From Centroscyllium fabricii (Eukaryota): a stretch of DNA of 64,000 nucleotides. The stretch spans positions 43,648,001 to 43,712,000 of the forward strand of contig JBNRSN020000028.1 of the NCBI GenBank assembly GCA_051313645.2, read 5' to 3'. Shown here piece after piece: positions 1-12,125 of the stretch. A program made the translations under genes and the position numbers. Within the stretch, counting starts at the first letter, position 1; the number at the start of each line of letters is the position of its first letter. Below the pieces are notes generated by a model. The model worked only from the letters and a program-made list of their open reading frames with translations, searched no databases and was not told where the DNA came from.

Positions 1-10
1 TTTCAAATAC

Positions 11-261
11 ATAGAATCATAGAAACATAGAAGATAGGAGCAGGAGTAGGCCAGTCGACCCTTCGAGTCTGCTCCGCCATTCAATGAGATCATGGCTGAT
101 CACCCAAACCCAGTACCATATCGTTGCCATATCCCCTGATCCCTATCGAACCTGCATCAACACATATCCCACCCTGTCCTCGTAACCCCACATATTCAAT
201 CCCCCTAACATTAAGGGTCAATTTATTATGGCAAATCAACCTAACACGCACATCTTTGGAC
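11..261 (-). mobile_element. 5'-truncated HE1/V-SINE-type SINE (3' half), unit 1
   Basis: Reverse complement matches the 3' half of the full SINE at 43360-43769, including the TTCTAT tail. It splits the monomer sequence CAAATAC|TTGCCACATT. Confidence 0.85.
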
Positions 262-921
262 TTGCCACATTAAATTCCACTTCTCTGCTGTAGTGTTTGG
301 ATCTAATGTTGATTCGATATCCCTTACACCTTTTGCGGGACTTTATGAAATGTAATTTGCTCCATGTCTACTAGTTAATAATTATTTGTGAACTGGGACT
401 CATAACCTTCTTTGGGTCTCTACAGTGTATAGCTTCCAATTATTCTGAAAACAATCCAAACTATCTTAATTTGTTCCAAAGTGGATGGAGCCACACTTGC
501 GCACAGTGAAATTGATTTGCCTTTGTTCTGCTGGCTTACTTCGTCTGTCTCTGTCGCTTTGGTTACCATCATATCCCATTTGCACCAATAACGGACCGTC
601 AGACTTATTGCGATCTTCACACTCTGATCTACCGAGTTCTATTGCTCCATCAAAATCAATCATAAATACGGTGAAAAATAAAAGATCAAGTTAAATTATC
701 TGGGGGACGGCATTTCTCACATCGGATTCCACTGCTAAACAGCATGACATTTGTGGGAGAGAGAATATTTCTGAAGTGGTGGCGGTTCAAGTAGTCAATC
801 TGCAATTGTGGAAGGAATGCGCTGTAGAGGCTGGATTATGGACAGGAAATGTGAAATTGCAGAACGTGCAATGAGGCACTGCAAGCAATAAAAGGGCTTT
901 TGTGAACCTGTTTTAGCAAGG

Positions 922-994
922 GCCCGGATAGCTCAGTCGGTAGAGCATCAGACTTTTAATCTGAGGGTCCAGGGTTCAAGTCCCTGTTCGGGCG
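922..994 (+). tRNA. tRNA-Lys(UUU), class A, canonical
   Basis: GCCCGGATAGCTCAGTCGGTAGAGCATCAGACTTTTAATCTGAGGGTCCAGGGTTCAAGTCCCTGTTCGGGCG is the canonical vertebrate tRNA-Lys3 sequence with intact A/B boxes. Only T3 follows it. Confidence 0.97.
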
Positions 995-1039
995 CTGACT
1001 TTAAATCACAATACTGACCTCACAGTTCGGACACAGGTC

Positions 1040-2012
1040 GCAATAACAAGAGTCGGCCGTTTGAACCCACGAGCCTTACTGCCATTCAATTCAATCTATG
1101 AACCAGTTCCGTTTGCAGCTCTTTGCTCCTGACCCTACGTTTGGTTAACAAACACTTATTAATCGCAAGATGGCAATTGGCACAGCTTTAACTGCTGTTT
1201 TGAGAAGTGTGTTACAAATACTTGCCACATTCACTTTCACTTCTCTCCTGAAGGTCTTGGATCTAATGTTGATTCGATGTCCCTTACTCCTTGACGGTTC
1301 AATCATCAGGAATACCTTCTCGCTATCGACAGTATCAGTTCCACATTATAGCGTGAACACTTCAATCAATTCACCACATAAGCTTGTACATTCCATGGAA
1401 TATAAACCTATTTTGTGTAATCTCCCATTGTAAATTGCCCCTTTGGAATCTATGTTAAATCTACGCTTCAATTTTTATGCCTCATACTACTTTCTTCAGG
1501 TCAAATGCCCAGAACTGTACACAGTACGGCAGGTGTGGTCTAATCCGAGCTTTGTTTAGCTGTGGCATAAATTGTCCCTCTAATAATGTAATCCTGCAGA
1601 TAACGGTATCACCTTTCAGTTTGCTTCTGTGGATCATTTCTGTACCTGTCCATGACCACTTCATGATATATGTCCATGGCCCTTAATTCTGTTTCGATCT
1701 CAGCTCTTTCCATCTTAACAGTATAACGAGTGTATTCTAGACGCCCCTTTTAGATCCGAAATGGATGAAGGCAAAATTGTCAATATTTTTAAGAAATCTG
1801 TCAAATAATTGACCAAATCTTAAAATATGAATATCTGGTCAAATTTTTAACTTCCACCTAATCTGCTTTTAATGCCGCCTGTCATTTTTGTCATCGTTAA
1901 ACTGGCATATGTGCCACTCAGCCGTATCAAGTAATTCGGTAGTAAAATCGAGGAATATTTGAGGTCCCTAGCGAGATAAATCAGAGAAACCGCTTCTTCT
2001 ATTCTGCCAATT
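1040..2012 (-). mobile_element. Ancient decayed CR1 LINE 3' fragment forming the monomer spacer (repeated downstream of every tRNA)
   Basis: Minus-strand translations RPHLPYCVQFWA and LHKIGLYSMECTSLCGELIEVFTLLCGTDTVDSEKLF..SRSKGHRINIR align by eye to the C-terminus of the CR1 ORF2 at 13047-14558. Confidence 0.85.
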
Positions 2013-2183
2013 TGTCACAGATGGCATTCCCCTTTAAGGAATCCATTTTGGAATTCTAGGTTTTGTTTCTCTGTTTTGATTCATTGTATCTCAATTAACT
2101 GTTTCACATACCTGTGTGTTCCTGGTTCTCAATACCTGCAGCTTATTGGCTAGCACTAAATAATCTGGTTTGCCTGTTTGGCT

Positions 2184-2223
2184 TATAAGCTGGGTGCTTT
2201 GACCAGGCAGGTGCCGGATCATT
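2184..2223 (+). promoter_or_regulatory. LTR TATA box (TATAA 2184-2188) and predicted transcript 5' end/self-primer GCCGGATCATT (2213-2223)
   Basis: TATAA lies 29 nt upstream of an 11-mer that is the exact reverse complement of AATGATCCGGC at 3086-3096. Confidence 0.7.
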
Positions 2224-4088
2224 AGATTTTACTTACTACTCATTACTACGAACTACTGGAAGGAGTGGTTGCTGTCTGAGCTTCTGGAGAGGCAATGGGT
2301 TTGGGCGTTCCCCTGCCTTGTAGATGATGTATTCTCTTCTGGAATCTCGATTAGAGTAAGTCTTAGCTGTGGAGCGGACTTCGGAGAACTACGGTTGTCT
2401 ACATTCTGGACATTGCACTTTACCTCCTGAACTCAGGATTGGACTTTCCATTAGTTAAGTAAGGGCGTTCCCCTGCTAAGTGGATCATGGATTCTCGTTC
2501 TGTGAACTCTGTTGGGTTAAGTCCCCGCGGTGGAGTGGACTTTGAAGAGATCCTTGTTCTACTTCCTGGACATTGGTCGTGATCACCCGAACTGAGGTTT
2601 GGACGTTTCAGTAGGGTATGTGGGGAGTTTCCTTGTTTGTGAAGATGGATTCTCTCTCAGAAGACTCCGTTGGAGTGAGTTTCTGCTGTAGGGCGAACTC
2701 GGGAGTATTCCTAAATTCAACATCCTGGACATTGCTCGCACCCACCTGAACTCAGGGCTGGACATGTATTTCACAACACTATGATGCGCTTGGCTGCATA
2801 CCATTCCATGCACCAAGGGAAGTCTTGTACCAGTTCGGAAGAGACCTTGTTTTCTGTTATGATGCGCTTGGTTGCGTATCATTCCACGCACTATGGAAAG
2901 TTTTGTACCAGTTCGGAAAAGAACTTGTTTTCTGTTTCTAACTTTGTATGCCATTTAATATTGTTTTAAACTTTTTGAATGTATGCATGTATGTTTTTTC
3001 ATTACTGCTTGGTATATAAAGGATTTAAGACCTAGACAGTTTTATCAGTGTCTTTGCATTTGGGCCCCACACCCCACCGTTACAGAATGATCCGGCCAAC
3101 ATGGGGGCCCAGCAGACACTGAAGCGTCTAGCGCTCCTCGGATTCTTTTATACCTGGAGGACGGTTGGTCCCTCCTCTCCACCCCTCCACCCACATTCTT
3201 TCGGTATTTCGGTACTTGGGACGTCAGCAGTCGTCCTTTGAGGGGGGGGTTCTGTCACAGATGGCATTCCCCTTTATGGAATCCATTTTGGAATTCTAGG
3301 TTTTGTATCTCTGTTTTGATTCATTGTATCTCAATTAACTGTTTCACATACCTGTGTGTTCCTGGTTCTCAATACCTGCAGCTTATTGGCTAGCACTAAA
3401 TAATCTGGTTTGCCTGTTTGGCTTATAAGCTGGGTGCTTTGACCAGGCAGGTGCCGGATCATTAGATTCTACTTACTACTCATTACTACGAACTACTGGA
3501 AGGAGTGGTTGCTGTCTGAGCTTCTGGAGAGGCAATGGGTTTGGGCGTTCCCCTGCCTTGTAGATGATGTATTCTCTTCTGGAATCTCGATTAGAGTAAG
3601 TCTTAGCTGTGGAGCGGACTTCGGAGAACTACGGTTGTCTACATTCTGGACATTGCACTTTACCTCCTGAACTCAGGTTTGGACTTTCCATTAGTTAAGT
3701 AAGGGCGTTCCCCTGCTAAGTGGATCATGGATTCTCGTTCTGTGAACTCCGTTGGGTTAAGTCCCCGCGGTGGAGCGGATTTTGAAGAGATCCTTGTTCT
3801 ACTTCCTGGACATTGGTCGTGATCACCCGAACTGAGGTTTGGACGTTTCAGTAGGGTATGTGGGGAGTTTCCTTGTTTGTGAAGATGGATTCTCTCTCAG
3901 AAGACTCCGTTGGAGTGAGTTTCTGCTGTAGGGCGAACTCGGGAGTATTCCTAAATTCAACATCCTGGACATTGCTCGCACCCACCTGAACTCAGCGCTG
4001 GACATGTATTTCACAACACTATGATGCGCTTGGCTGCGTACCATTCCATGCACCAAGGGAAGTCTTGTACCAGTTGGGAAGAGAACTT

Positions 4089-5709
4089 CATAGAATCATA
4101 GAAATTTTACAGTGCGGATAAGGGCCATTCGGCCCATCCAGTCCGCACCGGCCCAGAAAAACTCCTCACTGTACTAACCCCAATTGCCCGCACCTGGCCC
4201 ATAACCCTGTATGTTATGGTCCTTCATGTGCTGGTCCAAGTATTTTTTAAATGTTGTGATGGTTCCTGCCTCCACCACCCTCACACGCAGGGAGTTCCAG
4301 ACTTCCACCACCCTCTGGGTAATGAAATTTCTCCTTACCTCCCCCCTAAACCTCCCCCCCTGATCTTGAATCTATGTCCCCTAGTACTTGACTCTCCCAC
4401 TAGGGGAAACAATGCCCCTTTGTCTACCCTATCGTGTCCCCTCATGATCTTGTACACCTCAATCATGTCACCCCTCCACCTTCTCTTCTCCAAGGCAAAC
4501 AACCCCAGCCTGTCCAGCCTTTCTTCGTAGCATAAGTCCCCCAGACCAGGTATCATCCTGGTAAACCTTCTCTGCACCCTTTCCAGGGCAACCACATCCT
4601 TCCTGAAGTGCGGTGACCAGAACTGCACACAGTACTCCAGCTGAGGTCTCACCAGTGTGTTATACAAGTTTAACATTACCTCCCTACTTTTGTATACTAT
4701 GCCCTGGTTAATAAAGGCGAGAATTCCGTATGCCTTCTTAACCACCTTGTTAACGTGTCCAGCAACCTTCAGGGAGCTGTGCACCTGTACCCCCAGGTCC
4801 CTCTGTTCCTCGGTCCTATTTAACGTTTTGTTGTTCATGGTATATTCCCTTACCCCATTTGGTCTACCGAATTGAATGACCTCGCATTTCTCTGGGTTGA
4901 ACTCCATTTGCCATTTTTCTGCCCAATTAACCATTATATCTATATCCTCCTGAAGCCCCTTACTATCCTCATCGTTGTTTACCACCCTTCCGATTTTCGT
5001 ATCATCAGCGAATTTGCTGATCATACCCCCTACTCCCATATCCAAATCGTTGATGTATACTAGAAACAGTAAGGGTCCCAAAACCGATCCTTGGGGGACG
5101 CCACTGGTTACTGGTTTCCAGTCACAGAAGCAGCCCTCTACCATTACCCTTTGTCTCCTATCCCCCAGCCAATTTTCGATCCACTGTGCCAAGCTGCCCT
5201 GTATCCCGTGCGCTCTAACCTTTGTTATTAGTCTCCTATGTGGGACTTTATCAAAAGCTTTGCTAAAGTCCATATACACTACGTCCACAGTACTCCCTTC
5301 ATCCACCCTCTTTGTTACCTCCTCAAAGAATTCCAACAGATTGGTCAGGCACGACTTACCTTTGACGAAGCCATGCTGGCTGTCTCTTATTAGACCTTGT
5401 TTGTCCAAATGCGAACTGATTTTGTCCCTCAGAAATTTTTCCATTACTTTCCCTACTACAGATGTAAGACTAATTGGCCCATAGTTACCCGGTTTGTCCC
5501 TACTACCCTTTTTAAACAGGGGTACTACATTAGCTGTTCTCCAGTCCTCAGGTACATCCCCTGACGCGAGAGAGGTCCTGAAGATTTGAGACAGGGGGCC
5601 CGCATGCTCCTCCCTGGCCTCGAACAGCAGCCTGGGGAACATTGCGTCCGGCCCTGGTGATTTGTGCACCTTTAAGCCTCCCAAGATTTCTAGAACTTCT
5701 TCCCTTGAA
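4089..5709 (-). mobile_element. Young 5'-truncated CR1 LINE (HER1-like), RT region, 1-bp frameshift near C-terminus
   Basis: ORF 4335-5684 has KSPGPD, GVPQGSVLGP, FADD and EYCVQFWSP. 3' tail GGGCCGAATGGCC..TTCTATGATTCTATG. AACTT flanks both sides (4084-4088, 5710-5714). Confidence 0.96.
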
Positions 5710-7939
5710 AACTTGTTTTCTGTTATGATGCGCTTGGTTGCGTATCATTCCACGCACTATGGAAAGTTTTGTACCAGTTCGGAAAAGAACTTGTTTTCTG
5801 TTTCTAACTTTGTATGCCATTTAATATTGTTTAAAACTTTTTGAATGTATGCATGTATGTTTTTTCATTACTGTTTGGTATATAAAGGATTTAAGACCTA
5901 GACAGTTTTATCAGTGTCTTTGCATTTGGGCCCCACACCCCACCGTTACAGAATGATCCGGCCAACATGGGGGCCCAGCAGACACTGAAGCGTCTAGCGC
6001 TCCTCGGATTCTTTTATACCTGGAGGACGGTTGGTCCCTCCTCTCCACCCCTCCACCCACATTCTTTCGGTATTTCGGTACTTGGGACGTCAGCAGTCGT
6101 CCTTTGAGGGGGGGGTTCTGTCACAGATGGCATTCCCCTTTAAGGAATCCATTTTGGAATTCTAGGTTTTGTATCTCTGTTTTGATTCATTGTATCTCAA
6201 TTAACTGTTTCACATACCTGTGTGTTCCTGGTTCTCAATACCTGCAGCTTATTGGCTAGCACTAAATAATCTGGTTTGCCTGTTTGGCTTATAAGCTGGG
6301 TGCTTTGACCAGGCAGGTGCCGGATCATTAGATTCTACTTACTACTCATTACTACGAACTACTGGAAGGAGTGGTTGCTGTCTGAGCTTCTGGAGAGGCA
6401 ATGGGTTTGGGCGTTCCCCTGCCTTGTAGATGATGTATTCTCTTCTGGAATCTCGATTAGAGTAAGTCTTAGCTGTGGAGCGGACTTCGGAGAACTACGG
6501 TTGTCTACATTCTGGACATTGCACTTTACCTCCTGAACTCAGGTTTGGACTTTCCATTAGTTAAGTAAGGGCGTTCCCCTACTAAGTGGATCATGGATTC
6601 TCGTTCTGTGAACTCCGTTGGGTTAAGTCCCCGCGGTGGAGCGGACTTTGAAGAGATCCTTGTTCTACTTCCAGGACATTGGTCGTGATCACCCGAACTG
6701 AGGTTTGGACGTTTCAGTAGGGTATGTGGGGAGTTTCCTTGTTTGTGAAGATGGATTCTCTCTCAGAAGACTCCGTTGGAGTGAGTTTCTGCTGTAGGGC
6801 GAACTCGGGAGTATTCCTAAATTCAACATCCTGGACATTGCTCGCACCCACCTGAACTCAGGGTTGGACATGTATTTCACAACACTATGATGCGCTTGGC
6901 TGCGTACCATTCCATGCACCAAGGGAAGTCTTGTACCAGTTCGGAAGAGAACTTGTTTTCTGTTATGATGCGCTTGGTTGCGTATCATTCCACGCACTAT
7001 GGAAATTTTTGTACCAGTTCGGGAAAGAACTTGTTTTCTGTTTCTAACTTTGTATGCCATTTAATATTGTTTTGTAACTTTTTGAATGTATGCATGTATG
7101 TTTTTTCATTACTGTTTGGTATATAAAGGATTTAAGACCTAGACAGTTTGATCAGTGTCTTTGCATTTGGGACCCACACCCCACCGTTACACAATTAAAG
7201 TTACTGATTATTATCCGTAAGCTTTGTCTCCTGTCGTGCAAAGGATTTCCTAACCAGGACAATAATTTGACTTCACTTCCACGAATTTCAACTTCAGTTA
7301 GATGTCACCTATGCGGGAGATTGTGAAATTTCATTTGCTCCATGTCTACTAGCTAATAATGATTTGTGAACTGGGACTCATAATCCTCTTTGGTTCGGAA
7401 CAGTGAATAGCTTCCAATTATTTAGAATATAATTCACTGTTTAAATTGTGTTTTAAATATGTGACTATAAAATTTAACTTTAACTTTAATGTATCTTAAT
7501 ATGTTCGAAAGTCGATGGGGCCGCACTTGCGCACAGTGAACTCGATTTGCCTTTGTTTTGCTGGCTTACTTCGTCTGTGTCTGTCTCTTTGGTTACCTAC
7601 ATTTCCCATTTGCCGTAATAACGGACCTTCAAACATATTGCGATCCTCAAACTACGATCTACAGCCTTCAAGTCAATCATAAATACGGTGAAAAATTGAA
7701 GATCACATTCAATTATCTGGGGGACGGCATTTCTCACATCTGACTCCGCTGCTAAGCAGCATGTCGTTTGTGGGAGGGAGGGTATTTCTGAAATGATGGC
7801 GGTTTCAGGCAATCAGTCTGCATTTGTGGAAGAAATGCGCTGTCGAAGCTGGACAATGGAAAATAAATTTGATGTTGCAGAAGGTGCAATGATGCACTGC
7901 AAACAAATAAAGGGCTTTTGTGAAATGTGATTAGCAAGA

Positions 7940-8012
7940 GCCCGGATAGCTCAGTCGGTAGAACATCAAACTTTTAATCTGAGGGCCCAGGGTTCAAGTC
8001 CCTGCTCGGGCG
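7940..8012 (+). tRNA. tRNA-Lys(UUU) class B variant, probable pseudogene
   Basis: G24A, G30A, U47C and U66C give mismatches in the D, anticodon and acceptor stems. A/B boxes and downstream T4 retained. Confidence 0.85.
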
Positions 8013-8379
8013 CTGCTTTTAAATCACAAAACTGATCTCACAATTCGCACACTGATCACAATAAAAAGAGAAAGCCGTTTAAACCCACGAGCCTTACTGG
8101 CACTCGATTCAATCTGCGAACCAGTTCCGTTTGCAACCCTTTGCTCCTGACCCAACATTTGGTCAACAAACACTGATTAATCTCAAGTTGACAATTGGCA
8201 CAGCTTTAACTGCTGTTTTCAGAAGAGTGTTCAAATACTTGCCACATTCACTTTCACTTCTCTCCGGAAGGTCTTGGATCTCATTTCGATTTTATATCGC
8301 TTACTCCTTGACGGTTTAATCATCAGGAATAGCTGCTCGATTTCGACAGTATCATTTCCACATAATAGCGTGAATACTT

Positions 8380-8562
8380 CAATCAAATCACCACATAAGC
8401 TTGTACATTCCCTGGAATATAACCCTAGTTTGAGCAATTTCCCATTGGAAATTGTCCCTTTGTTTTGCTGGCTAACTTCGTCTGGGTCAATTTACAATGG
8501 GAGATTACACAAAATAGGATTATACTCCATGGAATGTACAAGATTACGTGGTGATTTGATTG
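8380..8562. repeat. Imperfect inverted repeat (~75-bp arms) in the class-B monomer, present in every B monomer
   Basis: 8380-8454 is the approximate reverse complement of 8488-8562. Confidence 0.8.
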
Positions 8563-9824
8563 TATCATTCTGTTAAATCTACGCTTCACGGTTTATTCCT
8601 AATACTACATCCCTCAGGTCAAATACCCAGAATTGTACAGAGTACTGCAGGTGTGGTCTAACCCTGCTTTGTTTAGCTGTGGCATATATTCACCCTCTAA
8701 TAATATAATGCTGCAGATAACGGTATCACCTTTCAGTTAGCATTAGTGAATCATTTCTGTACCTGTCCATGACCATTTAATGATATATGTACATGGCCCT
8801 TAAGTCTATTTGGATCTCAGCTCTTTCCAGTTTAACAGTATAACGACTGTATTCTAGTCGCCCCTTTTCGATCCGAAATGGATGATGTCACACTTGCCAA
8901 TATCTAAATACATTTGGCAGAGAATTGCCCGAATCTTAATCTATCATTATCTGGACACATTTTTAAATTTCACCTAATCTGGTTTTAATGCCGCCTTGCC
9001 TTTTTTGTCATCGTCAAACTGGCATGTGTGCAGCTCAGCCGTATCAGGTAATTCGGTTGTAAATTCGAGGAATATTTGAGGTCCCTAGCGAGATAACTCA
9101 GATATACCGCTTCTTATATCCTGCCAATTAATGTTTCTGATCATTATCCGTAAGATTTGTCTCCTGTCGTGCAAACAATTTCCTAACCAGGACAATAATT
9201 TGACATCACTTCCACGAGCTTCCACTTCAGTAAGATGTCACTTCTGCGGGACATTATGAAATTTCATTTGCTTCATGTCTACTCGCTAATAATCATTTGT
9301 GAGCTGGGGTTCATAATCCTCTTTGGTTCCCAACAGTGATTAACTTCCAATTATTTAGAAATTAATCCAAACTATCTAATTTGTTCCAAAGTTGATGGAA
9401 CCAAACTTGCGCACAGTGAACTCGATTTCCCTTGGTTTTGCTGGCTTACTCCGTCTGTCTCTGTCTCTTTGGTTACCAACCATTTCCCAATTGCACCAAT
9501 AACGGACCTTCAAACTTATTGCGTTCTTCAAACTACGATCTACAGAGTTCTGCTGCTCCATCCAAGTCAATCATACATACGGTGAAAAATTGAAGATCAT
9601 GTTCAATTATCTGGGGGACGGCATTTGTCACAGCTGACTCCGCTGCTAAGCAACATTTCCTTTATGGGAGGGAGAATTTTTCTGAAGTGATGGCGGTTTC
9701 AGGCAGCCAGTCTGCATTTGTGGAAGAAAGGCGCTGTCGAGGCTGGATTATGGACAATAAATTTGATGTTGCAATGACGCACTGCAACCAGTAAAAGGGC
9801 TTTGGTGAACTTTGTTGAGCATTT

Positions 9825-9897
9825 GCCCGGATAGCTCAGTCGGTAGAACATCAGACTTTTAATCTGAGGGTCCAGGGTTCAAGACTCTGTTCGGGCG
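9825..9897 (+). tRNA. tRNA-Lys(UUU) class C variant
   Basis: Canonical body with G24A, U60A and C62U. T4 downstream. Confidence 0.88.
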
Positions 9898-10124
9898 CTG
9901 CTTTTAAATCACAATACTGATCTCACAATTCGTACACTGATCACAATAAAAAGCGAAGGCCGTTAAAAACCACGAGCCTCACTGCCAATCGCTTCAATCT
10001 GTGAACCAGTTCCGATTGCAGCCCTTTGCTCCTGACCTTCGATTTGGTCAACAAACACTTATTAATCTCAAGTTGCCAATTGGCACAGCTTTAAGTGCTG
10101 CTTTGATAAGTGTGTTTCAAATAC

Positions 10125-10375
10125 ATAGAATCATAGAAAAATAGAAGATAGGAGCAGGAGTAGGCCAGTCGACCCTTCGAGTCTGCTCCGCCATTCAATG
10201 AGATCATGGCTGATCACCCAAACCCAGTACCATATCGTTGCCATATCCCCTGATCCCTATCGAACCTGCATCAACACATATCCCACCCTGTCCTCGTAAC
10301 CCCACATATTCAATCCCCCTAACATTAAGGGTCAATTTATTATGGCAAATCAACCTAACGCGCACATCTTTGGAC
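10125..10375 (-). mobile_element. Truncated HE1/V-SINE-type SINE, unit 2
   Basis: Copy of 11-261. Confidence 0.85.
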
Positions 10376-11034
10376 TTGCCACATTAAATTCCACTTCTCT
10401 GCTGTAGTGTTTGGATCTAATGTTGATTCGCTATCCCTTACACGTTTTGCGGGACTTTATGAAATGTAATTTGCTCCATGTCTACTAGTTAATAATTATT
10501 TGTGAACTGGGACTCATAACCTTCTTTGGGTCTCTACAGTGTATAGCTTCCAATTATTCTGAAAATAATCCAAACTATCTTAATTTGTTCCAAATGGATG
10601 GAGCCACACTTGCGCACAGTGAAATTGATTTGCCTTTGTTCTGCTGGCTTACTTCGTCTGTCTCTGTCGCTTTGGTTACCATCATATCCCATTTGCACCA
10701 ATAACGGACCGTCAGACTTATTGCGATCTTCACACTCTGATCTACCGAGTTCTATTGCTCCATCAAAATCAATCATAAATACGGTGAAAAATAAAAGATC
10801 AAGTTAAATTATCTGGGGGACGGCATTTCTCACATCGGACTCCGCCGCTAAACAGCATGACATTTGTGGGAGAGAGAATATTTCTGAAGTGATGGCGGTT
10901 CAAGTAGTCAATCTGCAATTGTGGAAGAAATGCGCTGTAGAGGCTGGATTATGGACAGGAAATGTGAAATTGCAGAACGTGCAATGAGGCACTGCAAGCA
11001 ATAAAAGGGCTTTTGTGAACCTGGTTTAGCAAGG

Positions 11035-11107
11035 GCCCGGATAGCTCAGTCGGTAGAGCATCAGACTTTTAATCTGAGGGTCCAGGGTTCAAGTCCCTGT
11101 TCGGGCG
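11035..11107 (+). tRNA. tRNA-Lys(UUU), class A, canonical
   Basis: Identical to 922-994 and followed by CTGATTTTAAA (T4). Confidence 0.98.
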
Positions 11108-12125
11108 CTGATTTTAAATCACAATACTGACCTCACAGTTCGGACACAGGTCGCAATAACAAGAGTCGGCCGTTTGAACCCACGAGCCTTACTGCCATTC
11201 AATTCAATCTATGAACCAGTTCCGTTTGCAGCTCTTTGCTCCTGACCCTACGTTTGGTTAACAAACACTTATTAATCGCAAGATGGCAATTGGCACAGCT
11301 TTAACTGCTGTTTTGAGAAGTGTGTTACAAATACTTGCCACATTCACTTTCACTTCTCTCCTTAAGGTCTTGGATCTAATGTTGATTCGATGTCCCTTAC
11401 TCCTTGACGGTTCAATCATCAGGAATAACTTCTCGCTATCGACAGTATCAGTTCCACATAATAGCGTGAACACTTCAATCAATTCACCACATAAGCTTGT
11501 ACATTCCATGGAATATAAACCTATTTTGTGTAATCTCCCATTGTAAATTGCCCCTTTGGAATCTATGTTAAATCTACGCTTCAATTTTTATGCCTCATAC
11601 TACTTTCTTCAGGTCAAATGCCCAGAACTGTACACAGTACGGCAGGTGTGGTCTAATCCGAGCTTTGTTTAGCTGTGGCATAAATTGTCCCTCTAATAAT
11701 GTAATCCTGCAGATAACGGCATCACCTTTCAGTTTGCATCTGTGGATCATTTCTGTACCTGTCCATGACCACTTCATGATATATGTCCATGGCCCTTAAG
11801 TCTGTTTCGATCTCAGCTCTTTCCATCTTAACAGTATAACGAGTGTATTCTAGACGCCCCTTTTAGATCCGAAATGAATGAAGGCAAAATTGTCAATATT
11901 TTTAAGAAATCTGTCAAATAATTGACCAAATCTTAAAATATGAATATCTGGTCAAATTTTTAACTTCCACCTAATCTGCTTTTAATGCCGCCTGTCATTT
12001 TTGTCATCGTTAAACTGGCATATGTGCCACTCAGCCGTATCAAGTAATTCGGTAGTAAAATCGAAGAATATTTGAGGTCCCTAGCGAGATAAATCAGAGA
12101 AACCGCTTCTTCTATTCTGCCAATT

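Larger units (their letters stand above)
2013..7191 (+). mobile_element. Non-autonomous Tf1/sushi-like LTR element, 3-LTR tandem form (LTRs 2013-3084, 3253-5950, 6119-7191; internals 3085-3252, 5951-6118)
   Basis: LTRs begin TGTCAC and end GTTACA. TSD CAATT at 2008-2012 and 7192-7196. PPT GAGGGGGGGG lies just before each downstream LTR, and PBS-position GAATGATCCGGCCA lies just after each upstream LTR. Confidence 0.9.

Noticed and set aside
922-2012. tRNA plus CR1 tail as a nascent SINE
   Set aside because: The CR1 3' end is antisense to the tRNA, so a read-through RNA would lack the RT-recognition tail. The copies are tandem, not dispersed with TSDs.
2583-2954. Recurrent 123-aa minus-strand ORF (MAYKVRNRKQV...) in each LTR
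   Set aside because: It lies antisense within LTR tandem repeats, has no recognisable domain, and its recurrence is explained by DNA duplication.
3085-3102. Idea that the LTR element is primed by the neighbouring tRNA-Lys3
   Set aside because: A tRNA-Lys3 PBS would read TGGCGCCCGAACAGGGAC. The actual sequence is GAATGATCCGGCCA, which is complementary to the LTR itself.
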